Assembly: GCA_964016885.1 (NCBI GenBank)
Contig: OZ024741.1
Span: forward strand, 198,524,001-198,588,000
Direction of reading: 5' to 3'
Source: Eledone cirrhosa
Lineage: Eukaryota
Length of the DNA stretch: 64,000 bases
Under the pieces are notes generated by a model, which saw only the letters and a list, made by a program, of their open reading frames with translations, made no database searches and was not told the origin of the DNA. Of this stretch, positions 35,152-48,728 are shown in pieces. Numbering within the stretch: the first letter of the stretch is position 1; each line of letters starts with the position of its first letter. Made by a program: the position numbers and the translations under genes.

Positions 35152-36573
35152 CTCTTAAACCCAGTTTCTACCTCAGTTCATCCAAGATCTGCCTTTCTCT
35201 TACATTTACATTGTACATCCAATGAAGCATGGTTGCTTCATTTCTCTCCAGTCTACGCATGTCCTCTGCAGTCACTGTCCATGTTTCAGTACCATAGAGC
35301 ATCACACTTCACACAGTTGTACAACCATCCTTTTGTACATAGTGAGAAGCCTTTTGCTGTCAACAGTGGGAGTAGCTCTGAAAATTTCTTCTATCCTATC
35401 CTTATTTAACTATTATACTCTTGGAGTACCTTCCACCACTGCTAATTAGGTAACCTAGGTAGCAGAAGCTATCAATCACTTCTATGGATCCTTCATGTGA
35501 TTGGAAAAGATGTATATCACTGATACTCTTTCTGTTGATTACCCCTGTGCATCTTCTACATACAAAGTCTTTCCTGTTATCACACTACATCTCTTGTGTA
35601 TCCCAAATTTACATTGTGTAGAATTTATGCCTACTCCTTTTCTATATATTGAGCAGGGCCACTTCTCTGAAGGAATCAGGGCCCTATCTTCTTACTTACT
35701 TTCTAGTACTTTCGTTTTGGTTAAGTTTACCCTCAGCCCTTTGTTCAGTTGTAATATTTATTTTCAGCTAAATTGAAATGACTTTATACAAAGTACTCAA
35801 ATTTTTTTGCATTTTATTTTATAAAGATAAAACATACCAAAATTTTGTTCAGAAACTTCAAGAAGCTGCTGCTGATAAACAGTGCCGCTACGGAGTTTTT
35901 GATGTAGAATATAAACATAATGATATGGATAGACAGAAGCTGGCCTTCTTTTTATGGTAAGTTTTAAACTCTTTGTTCACAACTATTTTTTTTTTTTTAA
36001 GTCTAGTATTTACCTAAACATATTCCAATAAGCTCTGATTTTTATCTATTTTAACACAATTTAAATTTTCCATACTTGCTATATTCATATATTATAGATC
36101 TATTTTTCAAGTATGCTTTGGTTTTCTAACTACATTAATTTCATTTCAAATTTTCTTGATCTATAATTATATTTTATAGTAACTCTAACAATGTTTTCGT
36201 CAATTCATAACCATATTATCTACTTTCTTTAACCCTTTCGATGCTAACCTGTCCAAAACTGCCTATGGTTCTATGAAATCCAACCACCCATTTTTAAAAA
36301 TTCATATTTAAACTAAAACCTTCCAACATTATTTGATATAAGAACCTTATGTTATGTCTTAAGTAAATTCCTCCAAATCTTCCATTAATTAAATCATAAG
36401 TTGTATAGTTCATTATGAATATGGTAACAAAACAAACTCTTTTCACGCCTATACTGCTCAAACAGCTTTTTATAAGATTCCACATTCCTAGTTGTTCTTT
36501 TTTGTCATCTTCGCCCACTTATTTTTGATAGTCATGGGGCTAAAGTCCTCAAACACTCCCTCCTGTGGGTTCT
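35152..36573. repeat. Right arm of the inverted duplication
   Basis: Near-identical reverse complement of 26469-27919. Confidence 0.95.
35827..35956 (+). pseudogene. Inverted orphan copy of the cofilin internal exon
   Basis: AG/GT intact; one visible substitution (GAT to AAT, D to N, at 35841); no plus-strand copies of the other cofilin exons in the window. Confidence 0.85.
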
Positions 36574-37756
36574 ATCAGTTTTTCCTTCCTGTTTGTCTGC
36601 CTGTTATCTCACTACATCTCTTGTGTGCTCAAGATGTACATTGTGTACATCATATAGAGTTTATACCTACTCCTTTTCTACATATTGAGTAAGGCCAATT
36701 CACTGAAATAATATAATAAAGCAAAGAATATATATAATTATTTTTATCTCCACTTTCCCATGTTGGCATGGGTTTAACAAAACTTCTTAAGGTAGTTTTT
36801 CTATGACCAAATGCTCTTCCTGACACCTGTCTATCATCATCATCATTTAACAACCTTTTTCCCAGGTAGCAAAGGTTCAATGGGTCATCAGCATACATTA
36901 TTTTGGATTGGCAGTCCATGTTTTTTTTTTCTTCTTTGTTAAGTGTGGTGTAGCAAAACCAACCAACATGAGACACGAGGGTAAACCCCAAGCAAGATGG
37001 TTGGTTAACATCCTTGAGCTCAGCTGCTCTCACTTGGAGATCCAGCCAGATCAATTGGAAACAGTAGACATGTTTGAGTACTGTGCCCCCACGACCATCC
37101 CAGGAGTAAGTGGGCAAAGAAGAGAAGTAGAAGAGAGAAGTGTGGTGTATATCGATAGCCTCTATTAAGCTGTAAGCTATGGAATGCATTGTTTTTATGC
37201 ACAACATAAACGTCTGTGCTTGCTTTAAAAAGATGTGTTTGCCATGAGAGGCCATCAGTGAGAGTGGGGCATGGTATTGTGGAGTGGAGCAAATGTAAGA
37301 ACTCTTCTAATTGGGTGCTGTTCATGTTTAAGAGTGGCAAGGTGCAGTAATGTTTTAGTTCCATACATATACAATAAACAAAGTAAAAGAACAATAAAGA
37401 TAAATCAAGCAGATCTTTCACTGATTTGGTTTCAATCATTCAACTGGTCTACAGCCATACAGTTAAAGAATTTCAGTGATCATATCAATGTCAGTATTTA
37501 TCAATCTCTATTTGCCAAACTACTGTTACAGGAGAAAAGCAAGAACACACATACCCACTAAATATGAACATGTTTCAAATTATATATTTAAGCAGAGTTG
37601 CAATTATTCCTTTTCAAAAGATTGTCAACTTTCCCAAGCAACATCAAGCATTACTGCTGATACACATGTTCCTACTATATCAATCGTTAAACTAATATAT
37701 TTTTCAATGTACTGTATTGTTTTCGTTTACTTTTTTGTATACACACACATTATATC

Positions 37757-38533
37757 ATCATCATCATTTTACGTCCGCTTTTCCTTGCTTGCAAGGGTTG
37801 GATGGGTCCTATTCAGCACAGCATCTCTCCACTTGTCACGGTCCTTCGTCATCTCCTCCGTGAGTTTCAGCGATCTGAGGTCTGCTCTCACCACCTCCGC
37901 CCATGTTTTTTGTGGTCTACCTTTACTGCGTCTTCCCTCCACTGGGACTTCCTGGCACTTCTTTACCCAGCAGTCATCCTCCATGCGCATCACATATCCA
38001 TACCATCTCAGCCTTCTCTCCTGCACACCACAACTTATCCCTCTTATACCCAGTTTCTTTCTCAACTCGTCTATGCTTGGTCGTTCACGCACATTGACAT
38101 TGCACATCCAACGGAGCATACTTGCTTCATTTCTCTCAAGCCGTCACATATCTTCTGCAGTTGCTGCCCATGTCTCACTACCATGCAGCATCGCGCATCT
38201 CACACAGGCATCATATAACCATCCTTTTGTACGCAGGGAGAAACCCTTCTATGTCAAGAAGAAACAGCTCCCTAAACTTCTTCCAACCCGTCCTTATTCT
38301 AGATACTATGGCCTCAGAACACCCCCCTCCCATGCTAATCTGATCACCTAGGTACCGGAAGCTATCAACCACTTCTATAGAACCCACCTGCATTGGAAAA
38401 ATGAGTCTATCATAGCGATTACTACTGCCAACTTTCCCTGTACATCTACTGCATATGTAGTTTTCCCTACCTGTTATTTGCCTGCTATCCAACTACATCT
38501 CATTGTGTACCCAAGATCTGCATTGCGTACATT
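37757..38533 (-). mobile_element. RTE family A 3' fragment (best preserved copy)
   Basis: YICSRC..VVDSFRYLGDQI..RIRTGWKKFREL; MLRWMCNV..ERRLRWYGYVMR..GRRSKGRPQKTW; (gat)n tail. Confidence 0.92.
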
Positions 38534-38607
38534 TTATATCTTATATATTTATATATAAATATGCCTATCAAGCATGATTGTCTGTAACCATCAGTATATA
38601 GTCTTTA

Positions 38608-38806
38608 ACCCTTTAGCATTCACATTACTCTATATATACTATTGTATTTTCACGGTAAAGGCTTTATCTCACATAATATCAAATCTATGAGAATTTGATA
38701 TTTATTTTGAAAACAATAGCTTAACATCAATATGAGTGGCTGGTTACAGCTTGTTTGACCAGAAAGAGATGAGAGCCGGATATGGCTGGTTTAAATGCTA
38801 AAGGGT
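38608..38806. mobile_element. TTAA-type (piggyBac-like) MITE
   Basis: ttaa|ccctttagcatt...aatgctaaaggg|tcaa; inverted homologue of 57482-57701. Confidence 0.7.
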
Positions 38807-40879
38807 CAAGTGCAGGTAGGTATTAAAAATAGGAAAAATTTACCAAAAAAGTATTTTATAAGGTGATCTATGAATTGTACAGAAAATCCTTTATGAAGAT
38901 AAGGATTAACAGTGATGAAATGTTTTAAGAAGCATGTTTGGTTATTACTTCCAATGTTAGGTAAAAAATATTTTACAGGTTTTGTAATTACAGATTTTAC
39001 TTAAATGTAATTTAGTAAGAGGTTCTCCTTTTGTCAAGGTGGTGAATAGGCAGAATCACTAGAATGTCAGATATAATGGTTTGCGGTATTTGTTCCAGCT
39101 CTCTTCTCTCTGAGTTCAAATCCCGCTAGGGATATTGTAACAAAAGGTTACCAGCAAATTTGGGGGAAAGAGAAAGTTGATTAAATTAACCCCAGTATTT
39201 GACTGGTGCTTTAGTGACCCCAGACATATTTCAAATAATTGTTTCTACTTTTTTGGCACAAGGCCAGCAATTACTCAGTACATTACTGGTACTTTATTTT
39301 ATTGACCCCATAAGGATGAAAGGCAAAGTTAACCTCGGCGGGATTTGAACTCAGAACGTAAAGGGACGTAACTATGCTGGTAAGCATGTCCTACCCTCTA
39401 TCGATACTGCCCAAATAATGATTTCAGATTTAGGGACAAGGCCAACAGTTTTGAAGGAGGGGAAAATTGATTAAATCAACCCGTGTGTGTTTATTTTATC
39501 AACCCAGTAAGGATAAAAGGCGAAGCTAACTTCAGTGAGATTTGAAATCAGAATATAAAGGGCTGTAACTGTATGCTGCAAAGCATATTGTCCTATGCTC
39601 TACCGATAAATCCACCACCCTTCCATACATCAAATAATATTAAATGCTGGTCTCTTGTATTTTCTATATTTAGTATGGGGGGAGGGGGGAACGTGTCTTT
39701 GATGAGAACATTCCTTGTTGGTTGCTGCCTTATTATTTTGTTTTATATATTTTAGCCTGATGGAGAAAAAGTTCCATTAGTCTTTCCAAAGTAGACATAT
39801 TTCTTTACATATCATCTTGGTATGAAGGAGGGATTATGTGTATGTTTCAAAAATACCATATCATGATATTATATCATTCCTTTCATTACCATATTTCTAA
39901 TGAAAGACACTGCCTATGATTTTGAAAATAATTGTTTCTACTTTTGGCACAAGGCCAGCAATTACCCAGTAATGAAGAATTTCGTTATATAATAATACAA
40001 CTAAATTTGTTATTATTAAGATGGTGTTTGGAAGGTTTTTAGATAATATAAATACTGTAAAACAAGCAGTTTTGTATTGTAGAACCAGGAATAGTTTGAA
40101 GGAGTCTAGTGTCAAAAAGTGTTGAACATTGAGTGCTTATTTAGGCATGGTATCATGAAAAAGAAGACACAAAAACAATGATGATGATATCAACAACAAT
40201 GAATTTAAAGTGGGTTGGTGAGCTGACTTACTAGAAGCTTTAACATATACAGTACAATGTTTGCCAATTAATATATTGATTACTCACACTGGCACAAGGC
40301 CAATAATTGTAAAGAGAGAGTATAGCTGATTTAATATTTCCCAGTAGATGACTGACAAATATCTTATTAGTCATATAGGGATGAAAGGCAAGGTCAACTG
40401 TATCAGGGTTTAACTAGGAATATAAAAAGATCTAGTGTTCTCATCAAACAAGTTAATGTCTACAATGAGCAAAAGTAATTATCACAAAGACAAATTGTTG
40501 TTACAGCTCACCTATGTATGATTCTTGAATATTTTAATGAAAGATATCTACTGATGAGTACACTAGTCCAAATAAATAATTTTATAATTTTTTCTAAAAT
40601 TTGCACAAGGCCAGAAATTGGGGGGGGGGGGGGGGATAAGTCGATTATATCAACCCTAGTACTTAACTGGTACTTTATTATATCAACCCCAGAAGAATGA
40701 AAGGAAAAGTTGATTTTGGTGTAGTTTGAACACTGAACATAAAGAGCTACAACAGATACTGCAAAGATTTTTGTCTGATCTAACAATTCTAACAATCCAA
40801 CATACTAGAAATTGAGAAAAGGCTAATTCACAATTTATTTTTTAATTAATATATTACTCATCATCATTTTTTAGCAGTT

Positions 40880-42785
40880 TTGCTCTGCTAGAGAACGGGT
40901 CGCAGGTAGTGATACAGCCACCAGATATGATGGTTAATTGCGATAAAAGCGGGCACCTGCCAGACGAATAAGCAACCCCCAGACCAATAGTGGTAAACTA
41001 CCAGGAAAAATGAAACAATGGGTGACACCTGCAGCTCTCAAGAAAACACTTACAACCCAGTGATGTATATATGATGAGGCGAGTAAAGGCCACCTCTAAA
41101 AAAGCCATTGCGCATCTGAGAAAAGTACCAGACTGGTGGTTGGCGCGAATAAGACCACCAATGCCGCAATATGGTGAGAGGTAACAAAAAGGATCATATT
41201 GCATTATCCTTCGCACTGGTTGACACGGCACACATTCAGACAATAGTAGAAAGACTTGTTCAAAAAATGTATTGTAGTCTCCATTTCATACTGTAAAAAC
41301 TGGCAATGGACCTGTGACCTATCTAGGGAGGCAGGAGATGGATGCACAAAGAATGCTTATCCTGAGACACCAAAGAAAGTTTGGAAGGAAGCAAACCATA
41401 ACAATTGGAACCTGGAACATCACAACCCTTACAGGTAAGGAACAGGAAATAGAGGAGGAGGCTAGATGCTACTGGCTAGATATAATTGAGGTTTCCTCAA
41501 CAAAGTTCCATGGCTCTAGTACTGTAGATTTGGATGGAAACTCCACTATTCAGGTATGGTACCAGAAATGACTGAACAAGTGTGAGTGGGGATACTCACA
41601 ATCTCCAGGCAGTCAGAATGTGTTATCGACTAGATGCCATTAGGAGGGAGGATTATACTCTTGAAGTTTAGGCTGAAAGATAGGTCTCTGTGGGTTGTGC
41701 AAGTTTATACACCAAAAAGGGAGTTTGAATACAGGTCCTTCCTTGATGAAGTCACTGTAGCATTATATGTAATTAAGACCGAATCATATATCCTAATGGG
41801 AAACTTCAATGCACATGTGTACCAACATGTGCATTGACTACGTGACAAAGAAAGGTGTGATTAGAAGGAACAGCAATCCTGATGTAAATATGAATGAAGA
41901 GACCTTATTAGACTTGTGTTCTAATAATGGGCTCTCTATTGTGAACTTCTTCCAGTACAAATATATCCATAGATACTCATGGTACAAGGGGAATCAGGGA
42001 CAGAGATCAATAATTGATTTTGTTATTGTCTCTGATCTCTTTGATTCTGTGTTGGATGCTTGTGTTAAGAGAGGGGCTGAGCTGTCAACTGATCACCATC
42101 TAGTTATCTGCAACTTGAGATGACCTAAAGCCAAAAAAAGTTCACAAAACTGGCAGGTCCAGCTCAACCTACAGGATAAAGTGGGAAGTGTTGGTGGATA
42201 AGGAAGTCAGGACCATGAATGCAGATATTGTTACATCCAAATTCAGAGAATTTCCTGAGCAAACTGAGGATGTTGAGACGGAGTGGAGACTGTCCAGCTT
42301 GGCAGTTTCTGCTTCAGCTGTTAAATGCTGCAGGCGAAAGCAGCTTGGTGTGGCACCAGATGGCAGGAGGACCCTTGGTTCAATCAAGAGATAAAGGATG
42401 CCATCCAAGCAAAGGAGGCCTACAAAGCTTGACTTGAAAATAAGTCCTCTTTCTTGTACTTGCAGTACAAACAGACATGAAGAATCATCTTTAAAGTAAC
42501 ATTACTTGATAGAGTACGTAGCTCAGAGATCGGAGAGTTGCTCCAGATAGAGCCGCTACTTCTCTGAATTTAGAGATCACAGCTCCGATATTATGGGCAT
42601 GTGGTTAGAATGTCTCAGGAAAGAATCACTGGAGAGATTTTATGAGCAAAACCAACCAACAAGAGACCAGGGATAGATTCCGAGAAAAATAGTTGGATAA
42701 CATTCATGAGCTTGGCTGGTCTCGTTTGAGGATCCAGCTAGATCAATTGGTTTAGGTTACTTCTGATAGGATCTGCTAGGAAAAT
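40880..42785 (+). mobile_element. RTE family B copy with 5' region and APE endonuclease, internally deleted
   Basis: IGTWNITTLTGKE, LDIIEVSSTK, VVQVYTP, ILMGNFNAHV, RSIIDFVIV, LSTDHHLV, then a jump to the 3' end at ~42495. Confidence 0.88.
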
Positions 42786-43159
42786 TCAGATCCTCGTGCA
42801 TACATCAGAAATTATCATTATTGTAATTAATGCTTTTGATACTAAACAACCTAAAAATGCTCTGGCTTTATCACACAAAACTGAGCATTTCATACATCTA
42901 TTAAAAGATCCCACCGTAATTGTATTTTTTAAATTTATATTTAGATATAATGTTCCAAACATCAGCTTACTAATGAAATAATTAGTTATTTTATTAAATT
43001 CTTCCAAATTCTTGATAACTTTGAAAATTAATTGCCAGACATTAACTATACAACAACGTAAGAGTTAAAAAGGGGAGATGGTAGAATCGGTAGAACATCG
43101 AACAAACTGCTTTATGATATGTTGTGCCTTCATTGATTTTAAATTATATTAGAATTATT

Positions 43160-43920
43160 TTCAAGGTGAGAGTCAGATTCCGCCAAGGGTGTGTACTGTC
43201 ACCTCTCCTGTTCATTATTTTCATGAACAAGATTGACATGTGCAGCTGGGTTGTAACTGGCATTACAACTGGCAGGTATAAAATCAGTTGGATTACTTAA
43301 TGACAGAAAGTTGCACACGATAGGTTTGATGCCAAGTTCTGCATAGCTGGAATGAAAATCAGTGCTGCTAAAACGGACATTCGTCGTCTCAAGAAGCCTG
43401 TGCAGTGCACTCTACATGTGAATGGAGCTCCACTGAAGCAGGTGGAGAAGTTAAGTATCTAGGGACCGTGTTCATCAGTGATGGAAGGCCGGTCATGAAT
43501 CTTGGGTAATGACCAAAAGAATACGATCGCGAATACAAGCAGCCGAAATGGGGTTCCTCCGAAGGGTCTTTGGAGTAACGTTACTTGATAGCGTGTGTAA
43601 CTCAGAGATCGGTGAGTCATTCCAGGTAGAGCCACTACTTCTCTAAATTGAGAGATCACAGCTCCGATACTATAGGCATGTGGTTAGAATGTCACAGGAA
43701 AGAATCCCTGGACAGATTTTACAGGCAAAACCAACCGGCAGGAGACCCAAGGGGAAGACCCTGATCAAGATGATTGTATAACATCTATGAACTTGGCTGG
43801 TCCTGCTTGGGGATCCAGCCAGATCAGTTGGAGATGGTTGCTTCTGACAGAACTTGCTGAAAAGAGTGTTTGAGGCATCTTCCCCCATCACCCTCCCAGG
43901 AATAAGTAGGGGAAGAAGAT
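43160..43920 (+). mobile_element. RTE family B 3' fragment
   Basis: Homologous to 25720-26545. Confidence 0.85.
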
Positions 43921-44639
43921 ATATGGAAGGGTGATGAGGAAGGAGGATGATGATAAAGAAGTATAGAGGAATGGGAAGAGGTTCATAGGGATTGAATGGG
44001 GTGTATTGTCAGTGTGTATGGAGGGGTAGAGAGATTCAGTAGCACTAGGGAGGCTGTCATTGACTGACTGAAGAGTATAATACTTGAACTACCTATCTCT
44101 AGCCCTCACAGACCATAGTCAATACCATTGGCCACTCAAACCCAGCCTATCACTCACTCCAAGGAGCAAACAGAAAAAATGAATAGGAGAATAACGCAGT
44201 TAACTTTGTTGCTTACAGTTTTATCATAAATATTGTGATAAAAGAACTTATCATCATCATTGAATTTGTTCAACTATCATGCCACCCATCCTGATACTGC
44301 ATGGCTTTCACAAAGTCAGCAGAGCAACATCCTTTGTCCATTCAGAACTGTTTTTGCATGACATGATTTGTGTATATCCATATCATACTATCCAGAGGAG
44401 TATGTCACTAATGAGTTTGTGTTCTGCTCTCCAGCAATGTCCGGCAAAGTGCATGAATCTCACTCTAATGACATTAGAAAGATCTTACATGTATCTATGA
44501 AGTTAAACAACTGAAATATATTGAAGGCAATGAAACAATCTTCTCTAGCATGGCAAACAGCCAATGAAATTAGTGGCAGGAAAACAAATGTCAAAACTAA
44601 AAGAAGGAACAAAAAAATAAGTGAAAAGAATATTTCTAG

Positions 44640-45460
44640 AATCTTCTATGTAAATCCCCAAGTTGTTTCAGACATTTAGAAATTGCTAAAAAGATATCCT
44701 GAAAAAAGGGTTGGTGACCTTAAATATAAAGGTGATACCAGCCTGTTGGAGAATGAATTTAAAAGCAGTTAAAAACAACTTGATGCACTGGCCTTTAAAG
44801 GCTACAGAAGTAGGTCTGTAATTTAACAAAACAAAAGCCAAGGTGAAAAATACTGACCATGCTAATCCTAGATGGGACAACACAAAGATGGTTGATGATT
44901 TTCAGTATCTAGGGTCTTTTGTCAATGATACTATAAAATGTTTCAAATATAGACAGCCAAAAGGTTGGACAACCTTTTGGAAACTGAAAAATCTGAAAGA
45001 TGAGTGCCAACACCCCACTATAAATCAAATTTTTTAAAATATCAGTCTTCTATGTTTTCATCTACAAAACTGAGTCACACACCATTACAAAGACATTAGA
45101 GAAAAAATTAATGCCTTTCAAACTCGGTGTCTGAGAATCTTATTTAACATCAGCAGAACAGACCATGTCACCAATCAATATGTATACAAGCAAATAAACA
45201 CCTGCCCACTAGTTAACAGTGATTTATTGGCAATTATCATTCGTTGGACATTCTATTAGATGAAGCAAGAAAGATTTGATTCAGCAATACTGTCTGTATG
45301 TCCTATAACATGGGAAAAGAAGAAGAGGCAGACAGAAACCAAGCTATGTGAAGCATATTACTGGTTGCCTTCGTCATGACGTCAGACTCTAAGAGAATGA
45401 AATATGTGAAGTTGCCAGGCATGGAGATCTGTTGCTGAGGTCATCTCTTGTTTGTCCATA
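44640..45460 (+). mobile_element. Decayed LINE RT/thumb fragment (RTE-like, third family)
   Basis: VGL..N.TK, VDDFQYLGS, GWTTFWKL, NAFQTRCLRIL, GKRRRGRQ remnants. Confidence 0.7.
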
Positions 45461-45632
45461 TTAAAATGAGACAGAGCTGACCCATCATCTTCACAGCAAA
45501 ATTGGTGATTTTGCATTAAATGAACTCCGACATATTGAAAAAGACCCAAAACGAGGTAGCTGGTTCTGATAATATACCATCATAAATCTTGAAGACAAAG
45601 CCATTAAACAATATCTTCCTTCAATTTTGTAA

Positions 45633-46871
45633 TCTATATATATAAAACTGAGGTTGTCTGTCTGTCTATCGATTTTTGGCACACATCTCCTCTTAGAATC
45701 TCTCACGGAATTGCACCGAAATTGCTATACTTGTACATTGAGCCCTAGCGAAGACATCGGAAAAAAAATATTTCAAATTGACCCACCCTATCTGACGAAA
45801 TCGAATATAATGTATCGATTTTTGAGCGTAAGTGATCAGTTATTTCCCTTTGTTCTGTTTACATTCAGCGTAGCGTCTTACGTTCTCTTTACATTTTCTG
45901 CGTGCAAAAATTTAAAAAATGATTTCCCTTTGTTCTGTTTACATTCAGCGTAGCGTCTTACGTTCTGTTTACATTTTCTGCGTGCAAAAATTAAAAAAAT
46001 TACGCTGGCTTTCTCAGCGTTTAAAATGACATTAACACAATACACGAACAGTTGTCGAGCCAGCAAAATTTTGACCTGCAAAATTCATCAGTTCGAACAC
46101 TAAGCTTCCGTTTTGCTTCATTTCCATTTAAAAGCCTTTTAAAACAATATTTTTACTTGAAAACAAGTCTATTTAAAGACTACGTAAAACAAGCAAATAT
46201 TTCATAAAAAAAAGCAAAAATTATATAAGTTTATTTAAAATATATGTATTTGTAAATTTCGTTAGGCGTGCAGACAGACAGTCGTGCAGAGAGGTGATAT
46301 ACGCGTGCAGACAGACAGTCGTGCAGAGAGGTGATATAGGCGTGCAGACAGACAGTCATGCAGAGAGGTGATATAGGCATGCAGACAGACAGTCATGCAG
46401 AGAGGTGATATAGGCGATTATTTCCCTTTTATGGAATGAGCAGACGATTAGCGAATGTGCAGACGATTAAGTAAATCTTTAGTAGAGTGAATTGGAATCT
46501 CCAGTTTGTTTAATAGCTTCATTTGCACTGTACTGCCTTTGTATGCTACAACGCTTTAAAAGTTCGGCGAGTTCATTACTTCGTAAGTTATTGATATTTA
46601 TTTTTTTATTACGACGGTTAGCAAACTTTCCCTATTAAACGTTTAAATTAATTTTACGGTCTTATAAGGCTGAATTTACTTTAATTCGGGTTATCGTTAT
46701 GTTTTCTTAACTTCATAAGGCATATTGTTGGTTGAGGGAATATTAATCAAAAACACCACATGCAAGTCTGCACAGTAGACACTACAGTTTTTAAGCCAAA
46801 AAAGAAACTTAACATTGTAACTTTAACACAGCTACTGAGCGACCCCGAGCAACGCCGGGCTTTACTGCTAG
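45633..46871 (+). mobile_element. Complete non-autonomous Helitron (~1.24 kb) with internal minisatellites
   Basis: A|TC 5' end, CTAG|T 3' end, subterminal hairpin cccgagcaacgccggg (46844-46859), no TSD; 80-bp x2 (45842-46000) and 37-bp x4 (46266-46415) repeats. Confidence 0.9.
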
Positions 46872-47498
46872 TACAGTATAAAATATAAGCCCAACTGAAA
46901 AGTGAACTCTGTGTTGAATTCTCCCATTTCTCAAAAATGGGAGAATTAAAAAAAAATAAAATTAGAAAAATAAATAAACCAAAAAATAAATAAAATTTAA
47001 GTATGGTTAAAAATTACAGAGGATCACTCTTCCTGCAATAACAGCAAAAATTTACAACAAATTGTTACTGACCATACAGAGACAAATCGAGAAACCAGTG
47101 TATCTTCATTTTTAATTAAATTTTTTTATATCATTAAACTATTTGATACTACTGGTGAACATGGTTCCCACTGACTAATCATCAACCTTAACAGCTGTAG
47201 AAATGAGTCGCAATATCATTGGTGCTAAGCTGTATCGGCCTTTGCCTTTCCCCTGGACAACATCGGTAACGTTGAGAGGGGAGACTTTTATGTATGGGCA
47301 ACCGCTGGGCTTCCACGAAAACACATTGCCCAGACATACGCCACAGAGGGGAACTTTCTAGGTGTAAATCCCATGGTTATTTGTAACCAGGGGTGGTCTT
47401 TACTCTATATACATAAATATAATAATGCGTGCTTACATACACATTTCTCACAGCTCCAGCTAAAATAAGCCTTTACTGTTTGTACGGATATGAATTTA

Positions 47499-48728
47499 CA
47501 AGGTTTATCCCAAAAGTAAGGGCACCAATTTTCCTATGTATGACATGGTAATGAAGCACATCATTAATGAATATACTTGTTTCAACATGATTGATTCAGT
47601 CAGTCATGAATTATTGCTGTTTATGTACATATGTGTTTATAACCTGTTATGTTTGCAATGCAGGAAAATATCGAACAATGGTACACAATCAAATTTTGTG
47701 TGAAACTCAACAAATCTGCCACAAAATCATTTAATTATTTAACACATGCTTATGGAGGTGCCACTCTATCGAGAAGTAAGGATTTTAAGCGGCACAAAGC
47801 TTTCAAAGAGGGCTAAGGAAATGTTGAAGACAAACCTCCTTCTGGAAGGCTAATCTTAACAAATGAACAAAATGTGGAAATGGTGCAAGCAGTGATGGCA
47901 AAAGATCGATGATTAAATGTTATGATAATTGCAGAAGAAACGGACTTGGATAAAAATGCAGTTCACAGAATTTTAACAAGCCGTTTGCACATGCAAAAAA
48001 TTTGTGCAAAATTAGTGCCCAAACACTCATCTGTGGAGAAAAAAGTGAACCAGTTGGAAATTTATCAGGATTTGCTAGAAAGACTCGAAACTGAGCCAAA
48101 TTTCTTGGTTAAAGTGATAACAGGAGATGAATCATGGGTGTTCGAGTACGATCCAGACATAAAATGGCAAAGTGAGAAGTGGCATACGAAAAATTCTCCT
48201 CATCGAAAGAATGCACGCATGAGCAGATCCAGGGTAAAATTGATGATTAATATTTTTTTCAACAGCCGTGGTAGTGTTCACAAAAGATTTTCACCACCAG
48301 GACAGACAGTTAATCTCAGCTTCTACAAAGATGCCTGAATGACTTTGAAAACAAGTCCAGCGAGTCTCAAAGAACATTGCAAGAGATTGGGTAATGCATC
48401 GCGATAACGCGCCCACTTACACAATACTTTCAATTAAACAATTTTGGGCGAGATCTAGCTCCATTTGCTTTCTACCTCTTCCATAAGTTGTAATCAAAGT
48501 TAAAAGGCCATCATTTTGGGACTGTGGAAACATACAAAAAATTGTAACTGGCGCATTAAGGACACTCACAGAAAATGACTTCCAGTACTACTATGATCAA
48601 TGGAAAAACCATTGGAACTACTGTGACTTCCCAAGGGAAGTTTTTGAAGGAGGTAACTTGTAATTTAATGAACATCTAATATACATTTAAATAAAACATC
48701 AGTACCCTTACTTTTGGGACAAACCTTA
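47499..48728 (+). mobile_element. Mariner DNA transposon, near full length, dead transposase
   Basis: 27-bp TIRs caaggtttatcccaaaagtaagggcac / gtacccttacttttgggacaaacctta flanked by TA; EQWYTIKFCVKL, AKLVPK, ITGDESWVFEYDP, HRDNAP, DLAP motifs with stops and frameshifts. Confidence 0.93.

Noticed and set aside
35778-35960. A second, divergently oriented cofilin gene
   Set aside because: Only one exon is duplicated; no plus-strand exon 2 or exon 4 was found in the window.
37476-38351. 291-aa ORF as a host gene
   Set aside because: It is the antisense frame of an RTE fragment plus AT-rich flank.
46266-46415. CRISPR-like array of 37-bp repeats
   Set aside because: Repeats are contiguous with no unique spacers, lie inside a Helitron in eukaryotic DNA, and there are no cas genes.
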